From Candidatus Dormiibacterota bacterium (GTDB taxonomy: Bacteria > Chloroflexota > Dormibacteria > Aeolococcales > Aeolococcaceae): a stretch of DNA of 64,000 nt. Location of the stretch: positions 19,075 through 83,074 of the forward strand of contig DASZGL010000023.1 in NCBI GenBank assembly GCA_035938875.1, given 5' to 3'. Below, piece after piece: positions 57,710 through 64,000 of the stretch; position 1 is the first letter of the stretch, and each line of letters begins with the position of its first letter. Made by a program: the position numbers and the translations under genes. A model generated the notes under the pieces. It was not told where the DNA came from and searched no databases. It saw only the letters and a program-made list of their open reading frames with translations.

Positions 57710-58501
57710 ATGGCAGTTACTATCGAGTCGGCCGACCGGCTGCGAATCGGCGATGTCAGCCTTGACAACCGGTTGATCCACGGCACCGGGCGCTTCCCCA
57801 GTGACGAGGTGCTGCGCGCCTGCCTCGACGCCGCCCGTCCGCAGATGGTCACCGTCGCCATCCGCCGTCTGGCTCTCGACGGTGGAGGCCGCAGCGAGCT
57901 CGAGGCTGTCGATCTGAGCGCTTACACGCTCCTGCCTAACACCGCCGGCGCGACCACCGTCGAACAGTGCGTGCGTCTTGCCCACCTGGCCCGCGCGGGG
58001 AGTCTGAGCAACCTCATCAAGGTCGAGGTGGTCGGCGACGAACGAACCCTGCTGCCCGATCCTGCCGGCACCCTGGAGGCGACCCGGGTGCTCGTGTCCG
58101 AGGGTTTCACCGTGCTGCCGTACTGCAGTGACGACGTCGTCCTCGCCCTGCGACTCGAGGAGGCGGGCGCTGCGGCGGTGATGCCCGGGGCGGCGCCGAT
58201 CGGCACCACGCTGGGCATGCAGAACCCGTTCAACCTTCGCCTCATCATCGACCGCTGCAGCGTGCCCGTGGTCGTCGACGCCGGGTTGGGCGTGCCCTCT
58301 GAGGCGGCGCGCTGCATGGAGTGGGGAGCGGCGGCGGTGCTGGTCAACACCGCCATCGCCCGGGCCAACAATCCTCCTGAGATGGCCAGGGCCTTCAGCG
58401 AGGCGGTCGCCGCGGGCCGCCGCGCCTTCCTCGCCGGCCGCGCCGAGATCAGCCTGGAGGCGGCGCGTTCGTCGCCGCAGACCGGGTTGCCGCCGAGCTG
58501 A
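57710..58501 (+). CDS. thiG: thiazole synthase
   Basis: 263 aa. LLPNTAG, IKVEV and VMPGAAPIG. Confidence 0.93.
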   Translation: MAVTIESADRLRIGDVSLDNRLIHGTGRFPSDEVLRACLDAARPQMVTVAIRRLALDGGGRSELEAVDLSAYTLLPNTAGATTVEQCVRLAHLARAGSLSNLIKVEVVGDERTLLPDPAGTLEATRVLVSEGFTVLPYCSDDVVLALRLEEAGAAAVMPGAAPIGTTLGMQNPFNLRLIIDRCSVPVVVDAGLGVPSEAARCMEWGAAAVLVNTAIARANNPPEMARAFSEAVAAGRRAFLAGRAEISLEAARSSPQTGLPPS

Positions 58502-58530
58502 ACGCGCCCTCGCCGCCGATCGACGCCGCG

Positions 58531-59556
58531 CTGCGCTCACGGGCGTTCGACACTGGCGGCCCGACCGTCGCCGACGTCGGCGAGAGCGGCCTCTTGTCGC
58601 TGTTCACGGCGCGCGCTGACGGCGACGGTCACGAAGTCCTGGTCGGGCCCGGTGACGACGCGGCCGTCTGGCGTCCCCCGGCGTCGACAGCGGTGGTGGT
58701 GACCCAGGACGTTCTTGTCGAGGATGTCGATTTCTTGCGCTCATGGACGACGCCCTACCTGCTCGGCCGCCGTGCGGCGACCATCTCGCTCAGTGACCTC
58801 GCCGCCATGGGCGCGCGTCCGGCTCTGTGCACCGCCTCGCTGTGCCTTCCGGCGCGCACCTGCGTCGACGACGTGGCGGCGTTGCACCTCGGCCTCGTCG
58901 AGGCGGCGTCGGCCAGCGGTTGCCGGCTGGTCGGTGGAGACGTCAGCGCCACCGCCGGGCCGCTGGTCGTCGACACCGTGGCCATCGGCACGGTGGAGGA
59001 GGGGCTGATCCTACGCCGTGACGCCGGGCGAGCCGGCGACGTGCTCGCCGTGACCGGGACCCTCGGTCGCGCCGCCGCCGGCCTGCGGCTGCTGCGCGAC
59101 GGTGACGGCGCTGCGCCACCGCCGGCTGCCCAGGCGTGGCGTCGGGCGCAGCTGGAGCCGCAGGCGCGCATCGCCGAGGGCATGCGCCTGGCCGCGTCCG
59201 GCGTTCTCTGCGCCGGTGACCTCAGCGACGGACTGCTCGTCGACGCCGCGCGCACGGCCACCAGCAGCGCCTGCGCCGCCGAGCTGTGGCTCGACCACCT
59301 GCCGGTCGACGCCGAGCTGCGTTCGGTGTTCGCCGATGGCTGGGCCGAGCTCGCGCTCGGTGGCGGCGAGGATTTCGAGCTGCTCTTCGCCGCCGCGGAT
59401 CGGGTTGTCGCCGGCGTCGTCGCAACCTGGCCGGCGTCGCTGGCTCCGATCACCGTCGTCGGCCGGCTGTGCGAGGGAACCGGCGTCCGTCTCTTCGAGC
59501 ACGACGGCGGCGCCGAGCTGCCCCTGCCCAACGTAAGCTCGCGACATTTCGCGTGA
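58531..59556 (+). CDS. thiL: thiamine-monophosphate kinase (start uncertain: first canonical start is TTG 58594, but homology extends upstream)
   Basis: GPGDDAAV, LSDLAAMGA and GGEDFELL. The conserved N-terminal GE-x-x-LI element (VGESGLLSLF) lies upstream of TTG 58594. The only in-frame candidates upstream are CTG 58531 and ATC 58519. Confidence 0.85.
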   Translation: MRSRAFDTGGPTVADVGESGLLSLFTARADGDGHEVLVGPGDDAAVWRPPASTAVVVTQDVLVEDVDFLRSWTTPYLLGRRAATISLSDLAAMGARPALCTASLCLPARTCVDDVAALHLGLVEAASASGCRLVGGDVSATAGPLVVDTVAIGTVEEGLILRRDAGRAGDVLAVTGTLGRAAAGLRLLRDGDGAAPPPAAQAWRRAQLEPQARIAEGMRLAASGVLCAGDLSDGLLVDAARTATSSACAAELWLDHLPVDAELRSVFADGWAELALGGGEDFELLFAAADRVVAGVVATWPASLAPITVVGRLCEGTGVRLFEHDGGAELPLPNVSSRHFA

Positions 59557-60029
59557 GCCGGCCGGCTGTTCGTCGCGTTCTTGCGTCCGAGGCAGAGACC
59601 GTTGCCGCCGGGCGCGATCTCGCTGCGGCGCTGCGGGCCGGCGATCTGCTCGCCGTCGACGGTGAGCTTGGTGCCGGCAAGACGTGCCTGGTTCGCGGCG
59701 TCGCCGCCGGGCTGGGCAACGACCCCGACGCCGTGCGCAGCCCGACGTTCGTGCTCCACCGGGTGTACACGAAGGGACGCATCACCTTGCACCACATCGA
59801 CCTGTACCGCCTCGGCCAAGAGGCAGATCCCGGTGTCATCGACCTCCCCTCACTGCTGCGCGACGGAGTAGTCGCTGTGGAATGGGCAATGTACGCGCAG
59901 CTTGGCGAGTTCGACCCGGTACAAATCACCATCGAGTCGCCCGATCCTGGGCAACGCGTCCTCTGCGTCGATGGTGGCGCACCAGCTCGGATCATCGCCG
60001 CGTTGACGTCGATTTCTGCACAAACATGA
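59553..60029 (+). CDS. tsaE: tRNA t6A37 biosynthesis ATPase TsaE
   Basis: GTGA overlap with thiL. Motifs GELGAGKT, SPTFVL, HIDLYRL and VEW. Confidence 0.88.
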   Translation: MSRPAVRRVLASEAETVAAGRDLAAALRAGDLLAVDGELGAGKTCLVRGVAAGLGNDPDAVRSPTFVLHRVYTKGRITLHHIDLYRLGQEADPGVIDLPSLLRDGVVAVEWAMYAQLGEFDPVQITIESPDPGQRVLCVDGGAPARIIAALTSISAQT

Positions 60030-60619
60030 GGATCATCGCAGTGGACACCGCCGATCGCCGGCGCATCACCGTGGTGCTGGCCGACGGCAGCGGTCTGCGT
60101 GACGCCATCGTGCTCAGCAACGTCACCGTCGATCGTGGTCTGCCTCCGGCGCTCGCCGAACTCGACCTCGAAGGGCTGACCGCGCTGGTGGTGGTCACCG
60201 GCCCCGGGTCGCACACCGGTATCCGCGCGGGCATGGCGGCGCTGCTCGGCATCGCCCAGGCATGCAACCTACCCCTGCACAGCGCCGGCGCGCTGGAGGT
60301 GGTGGCCCACGGAGCGCCCACGGACGCGGCCGTCGTTCATGCCGTCGCCGATGCCGGCCGGGGTGGTCTCTTCGTCGGCGAATTCCGCCGCGTGGCTGAC
60401 GAACTCGTCGAGGTCGGCGGGTCGCGCCGTGTTCTCGCCGCCGGTCACCGGCCGCCGGCGGGCGCCGTGACCGTCGCCCTCGATCACCTGCCCCCGGGGT
60501 TGGACGAATCCGTCGTGGTCGCCGCGTCCGACGCGGCACTGGCGGCCGCCGCGCTGGTCGCGGTGCGGCGTCCCGCTCTGCGCCCGGGCGACATCAGCTC
60601 GCACGCACCGGCGGGCTGA
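60026..60619 (+). CDS. tsaB: tRNA t6A37 biosynthesis protein TsaB
   Basis: ATGA overlap with tsaE. MRIIAVDT and TGPGSHTGIRAG. Confidence 0.85.
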   Translation: MRIIAVDTADRRRITVVLADGSGLRDAIVLSNVTVDRGLPPALAELDLEGLTALVVVTGPGSHTGIRAGMAALLGIAQACNLPLHSAGALEVVAHGAPTDAAVVHAVADAGRGGLFVGEFRRVADELVEVGGSRRVLAAGHRPPAGAVTVALDHLPPGLDESVVVAASDAALAAAALVAVRRPALRPGDISSHAPAG

Positions 60620-60706
60620 CCGGGCGCTCGGCCGGTCGCTGCGCGCGGCCCCGCGTATGATGCGAGCCAAGGCGGCGTCGAGCGCCGCCACAGTGCGTGG
60701 CGAAGA

Positions 60707-61261
60707 ATGCAGGTTGTTCCCAAGGTGGCGGTGGATCGCATGCGCGAGGAGGACATCCCCGCGGTGCAGGCGATCGAGCGCGAGGTGTTCCCCACACCGT
60801 GGCCGAAGAACGCCTATCACCGCGAGCTCGCACAGAACCGCCAGGCGTCGTACCTGGTGCTCCGTCAGGACGACGACGTCATCGCCTACGGTGGGCTGTG
60901 GAAGGTCGGCGACGAGGCGCACGTCACCACCATCGGCGTCCGCGCGCGCGATCAGCACCGCGGTTACGGCCGCGCCCTCTTCAGCGCCCTCATCCACCGC
61001 GCCTACGCGCTGGGTGCGCGCTGGATCACGCTCGAGGTCCGCAACAGCAACGACCACGCCATCCGGCTGTACGAGGGCTTCGGTTTCAAGGTGATCGGCC
61101 GGCGTCGCGGGTACTACACCGACAACGGCGAGGACGCCATCATCATGTGGAGCGACAGCATCCACGCACCGGCGTTCAAGGCGAACCTGCGCCGGCTGCT
61201 CGCCTCATTCGACGTCCCTGGCATCGCGGCCGAGCCGCCACCTGACTACCCCGTCAGCTGA
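60707..61261 (+). CDS. rimI: ribosomal-protein-alanine N-acetyltransferase
   Basis: GNAT motif A (QHRGYGRAL), LEVRNSNDHAIRLYEGFGF, and a position between tsaB and tsaD. Confidence 0.85.
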   Translation: MQVVPKVAVDRMREEDIPAVQAIEREVFPTPWPKNAYHRELAQNRQASYLVLRQDDDVIAYGGLWKVGDEAHVTTIGVRARDQHRGYGRALFSALIHRAYALGARWITLEVRNSNDHAIRLYEGFGFKVIGRRRGYYTDNGEDAIIMWSDSIHAPAFKANLRRLLASFDVPGIAAEPPPDYPVS

Positions 61262-62274
61262 ACATCCTCGCCGTCGAGACCTCGTGCGACGAGACCGCCG
61301 CGGCGGTGCTCGGCGATGGCCGCGCCGTGATGTCGTCGGTGGTGGCATCGCAGATCGCCCGCCACGCGCCAAGTGGAGGGGTCGTCCCCGAGCTGGCGGC
61401 GCGGCTGCACGTCGAGGCGCTCGGCCCCACCGTCGAAGCGGCGCTCGCCGACGTTGACGGCGGATGGAATGCGATCGACGCCATTGCCGTCACCCGGGGT
61501 CCGGGACTCGTCGGCTGCCTGCTGGTCGGTGCCCTGTATGCGCAGGGCGCGGCGCTGGCGCGACGTCTTCCCGTCTGCGGGGTCTCTCACCTGAGTGGGC
61601 ACATCTACAGCGCCTGGCTGGACGACGTCGAGCTCGAACCACCGTACCTCGCCCTGGTGGTCAGCGGCGGACACACCGAGTGCGTCCTGCTCGCCGAGCA
61701 CGGTGTCGCCCGGCGGCTGTCGGCCACGCGTGACGATGCCGCCGGGGAGGCGTTCGACAAGGTCGCCCGCCTGCTCGGGCTCGGATACCCGGGTGGACCG
61801 GCGATCGAGGAGGCGGCGCGGCGCGGTGATCCTCACCGCTTTCCCTTGCCGCGGACGCGGCTCGACGGCGCCTTTTCCTTCAGCGGGCTGAAGACCGCCG
61901 TGCGCTACACCGTCCGCGACTTGGGCTCGGGCGCGCTCACCGCGGCGGGAACCCCAGCCGACCCGGCGACGGCAGCCGACCTGGCGGCGAGCTTCCAGGC
62001 TGCGGTGGTGGATCAGCTCGTCGCCGGCCTGGTGTCAGCGCGCCTGGACACCGGCGCCACGCGGGTGGCGGTGGTGGGGGGCGTCGCCGCCAACCAGGCG
62101 CTGCGCGGGGCGGTCGTCGCCCGGCTCGATGACGCGCGGGTGACCGTCCCGCCGCCCTGGCTGTGCACCGACAACGCGGCCATGATCGCCGCCGCTGGCT
62201 GGCACCGCCTGCGCCTTCATGGGCCCGATCCGCCGGGTTTTCCCGTCGACCCCGGGCTCGAGGCGTACGACTGA
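61258..62274 (+). CDS. tsaD: tRNA N6-adenosine threonylcarbamoyltransferase TsaD (probable CTG start)
   Basis: The track ORF starts at GTG 61306, but the universally conserved N-terminus (LNILAVETSCDETAAAV) is encoded upstream in frame. An in-frame TGA at 61243 limits candidates to CTG 61258 (CTGA overlap with the rimI stop) or ATC 61264. Confidence 0.88.
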   Translation: MNILAVETSCDETAAAVLGDGRAVMSSVVASQIARHAPSGGVVPELAARLHVEALGPTVEAALADVDGGWNAIDAIAVTRGPGLVGCLLVGALYAQGAALARRLPVCGVSHLSGHIYSAWLDDVELEPPYLALVVSGGHTECVLLAEHGVARRLSATRDDAAGEAFDKVARLLGLGYPGGPAIEEAARRGDPHRFPLPRTRLDGAFSFSGLKTAVRYTVRDLGSGALTAAGTPADPATAADLAASFQAAVVDQLVAGLVSARLDTGATRVAVVGGVAANQALRGAVVARLDDARVTVPPPWLCTDNAAMIAAAGWHRLRLHGPDPPGFPVDPGLEAYD

Positions 62275-62316
62275 CGCGACGCTGCCGTTGCAATGTTTTT
62301 GTCGCCGGCGCGTCGT

Positions 62317-62332
62317 ATTAGGGTACCCTAAT
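62317..62332. promoter_or_regulatory. perfect 16-bp palindrome ATTAGGGTACCCTAAT (candidate operator) upstream of the ZIP transporter
   Basis: The sequence is its own reverse complement. It is an AT-rich island in a GC-rich spacer, 66 nt before the ATG at 62398. Confidence 0.55.
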
Positions 62333-62397
62333 TCGAGATCGGGGGAGATCGCCGCGGCGCGGCGCCGCCGTCCGGTCGCCCAGGAGGCAGGCATTCG

Positions 62398-63231
62398 ATG
62401 ACCCTGGCAGGCACTGCCGCGCTCGGCGCCGTTGCCGGCCTGACCATCTTTCTCGGCCTTCCCGTGGCGCGCATCGGTAGCCCCGGACCGGGGCGTATGT
62501 CGTTCCTCAACTCGGCATCGGTCGGCGTGCTGCTCTTCCTTCTCTACGACGTCATCCGCAACGCCAGCGAGACGATCACCACGGCGCTCGACAGCGACCG
62601 CCTCAAGGGCGTCGGTTACGGGCTGCTGCTGGCGCTCGGTCTCGGCGTCGGGCTGCTCGGCCTGGTCGGCTTCGAACGGGCGGGCAGGCGCCGACGCGCC
62701 TCGGCGACCGGTCCGGGGGCGATGGCCGCCGTCGCCTCGACGGGTATCGCGGCGAGGGCCTCGCGCCGCGAGCCGCTTGCTCCCGCCTACCGCGTCGCCC
62801 TGTTCATCGCCGTGGGCATCGGCCTGCACAACTTCTCCGAGGGCCTCGCCATCGGGCAGTCGGCGAGCGAGGGCGCGTACCAGCTCTTCGGCGTGCTGGT
62901 CATCGGCTTCGGCCTGCACAACATCACCGAGGGTTTCGGCATCACCGCGCCGCTCATCGGCAAGCAGCCCTCGTGGCGCTTTCTCGGACTCTGCGGCCTG
63001 GTGGGTGGCGGTCCCACCTTCGTCGGCACCTTGCTCGGTTACCAGTCGCAGAGCGCCGCCCTCTCGGTGCTCTTCCTCGCACTCGCCGCCGGCGCCATCA
63101 TCTACGTCATCGGCGAGCTTCAGCACGCCGGACGCAAGATCGGCGCCCACGACGTGGCCATGGTCGGCATGCTCACCGGCTTCCTCGCCGCCTACGCGAC
63201 AGATCTAGTCCTCCACGTCGCCGGAGCGTAA
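62398..63231 (+). CDS. ZIP family metal (Zn/Fe) transporter (ZupT/GufA-like)
   Basis: 277 aa and polytopic. HNFSEGLAIG and HNITEGFG metal-site motifs. The ATG follows CAGGAGG. Confidence 0.85.
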   Translation: MTLAGTAALGAVAGLTIFLGLPVARIGSPGPGRMSFLNSASVGVLLFLLYDVIRNASETITTALDSDRLKGVGYGLLLALGLGVGLLGLVGFERAGRRRRASATGPGAMAAVASTGIAARASRREPLAPAYRVALFIAVGIGLHNFSEGLAIGQSASEGAYQLFGVLVIGFGLHNITEGFGITAPLIGKQPSWRFLGLCGLVGGGPTFVGTLLGYQSQSAALSVLFLALAAGAIIYVIGELQHAGRKIGAHDVAMVGMLTGFLAAYATDLVLHVAGA

Positions 63232-63332
63232 TGGCCAACCACCAGACATCCACGGCGAGCGAAGCGAGCCGCCCCTCTCCCGTGGCCGCCAGCGCCCGCG
63301 TGAGCGACAGGCCTCGAACCTCAGCGGTCCCC

Positions 63333-63362
63333 TTGCCGCACTGGCACTCGATCCGCTAGAGT
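63333..63362 (+). promoter_or_regulatory. candidate groES promoter (TTGCCG-18 nt-TAGAGT)
   Basis: The hexamers bracket or overlap the first CIRCE element. The -10 fits TAnnnT. Confidence 0.35.
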
Positions 63363-63367
63363 GTTAG
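63341..63367 (+). promoter_or_regulatory. CIRCE-like HrcA operator (degenerate copy)
   Basis: CTGGCACTC-N9-GAGTGTTAG against the consensus TTAGCACTC-N9-GAGTGCTAA (14/18). Confidence 0.6.
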
Positions 63368-63390
63368 CAGTCTCGCATCCCGAGTGCTAA
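63364..63390 (+). promoter_or_regulatory. CIRCE HrcA operator
   Basis: TTAGCAGTC-TCGCATCCC-GAGTGCTAA, 17/18 to consensus, 27 nt before the groES start. Confidence 0.88.
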
Positions 63391-63416
63391 GTCTGTCCGG
63401 AGGAGGTCTGGAGCCT

Positions 63417-63725
63417 GTGGCCGTCAATCTTCGTCCCCTTGCCGATCGCGTCGTCATCAAGCCCCTCGAGCGCGAGGAGATGACCAAGAGCGGAATCGTG
63501 CTGCCCGACACTGCCAAGGAGAAGCCCCAGGAGGGCCTCATCGAGGCGGTGGGCAACGGCCGCTACAACGAGCAGTCGGGCCAGCGTGTGGCGCTGGACG
63601 TCAAGGTCGGTGACCGGGTCATCTACGCCAAGTACGCCGGCAGTGAGGTGAAGATCGACGAGGAGGAGTACCTGATCCTCTCGGAGAAGGACATCCTCGC
63701 CATCGTCGGCAGCAACGGCAAGTAG
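63417..63725 (+). CDS. groES: co-chaperonin GroES
   Basis: The GTG at 63417 follows [44 protein letters not shown]. 102 aa. Confidence 0.93.
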   Translation: MAVNLRPLADRVVIKPLEREEMTKSGIVLPDTAKEKPQEGLIEAVGNGRYNEQSGQRVALDVKVGDRVIYAKYAGSEVKIDEEEYLILSEKDILAIVGSNGK

Positions 63726-63816
63726 CTCGCGGCGGCCGGCGCTCCAGCAAGGAAGCGCAGGCGCCATTGTCCCCTGACTACTGCCGTGCATTCCCACATC
63801 CGGAGGTCCTGGTCGC

Positions 63817-64000
63817 ATGACCGCCAAGCAGCTCCAATACCACGCTGAGGCGCGCGAGTCGCTGCGCCGCGGCGTCGACGCGCTCGCCCACGCCGTCTCC
63901 GTCACCCTCGGGCCGCGGGGTCGCGCCGTCGTGCTCGACAAGAAGTTCGGCGCGCCGTTGATCACCAACGACGGGGTCACCATCGCCCGCGACATCGAGC
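63817..64000 (+). CDS. groEL: chaperonin GroEL, N-terminal 61 codons (runs off the window)
   Basis: My own translation from ATG 63817 (after GGAGG) gives [61 protein letters not shown]. It is absent from the ORF track because no stop falls inside the window. Confidence 0.9.
   Translation, partial: MTAKQLQYHAEARESLRRGVDALAHAVSVTLGPRGRAVVLDKKFGAPLITNDGVTIARDIE

Noticed and set aside
62973-63359. 128-aa ORF overlapping the ZIP gene end and running into the groES promoter/CIRCE region (includes ATG 63232)
   Set aside because: It is out of frame with, and largely inside, the ZIP CDS. Its free 3' part coincides with regulatory DNA. The composition is Arg/Ser/Pro-rich.

Overview
About 70% GC, 64 kb, densely coding: roughly 60 CDS, many joined by 1-4 nt start/stop overlaps. 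I saw no rRNA, tRNA, CRISPR array, transposase or integrase. Most of the window is core housekeeping in an Actinobacteria/Firmicutes-like gene order. The runs are: panD-nadB-nadC; Zn-ribbon-clpS-DUF2017; rpsA; clpC; uvrA; UPF0182-MBL-PDZ protein; pyrG; glpX; rpmE-DUF1385-prfA-prmC-tsaC-glyA-wecA-like-atpZ/I/B/E/F/H/A/G/D/C-murA-mreB-like; argF-cdaA-cdaR-glmS-acpS::nnrD-alr; TPP riboswitch-thiE-thiS-thiG-thiL-tsaE-tsaB-rimI-tsaD; a ZIP metal transporter; and tandem CIRCE-groES-groEL. The only clearly accessory block is 2.7-9.2 kb, holding a tandem-domain family III CoA-transferase, a tiny Lys-rich ORF, an NTF2/SnoaL protein, a P450, an amidohydrolase_2 and two SDRs. That enzyme set resembles steroid or bile-acid modifying loci. 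Other points worth a second look: several housekeeping-like proteins have degenerate catalytic motifs (HtrA-like, MreB-like, histidine-kinase-like); there is an AcpS::NAD(P)HX-dehydratase fusion; tsaD and thiL probably use non-ATG/GTG/TTG starts; a 4x G-rich repeat sits in the clpS leader; and a perfect 16-bp AT-rich palindrome lies upstream of the ZIP transporter. I found no convincing wholly new multi-gene system. All homology statements come from reading motifs by eye, not from searches. The many long antisense ORFs in the track are high-GC artefacts.
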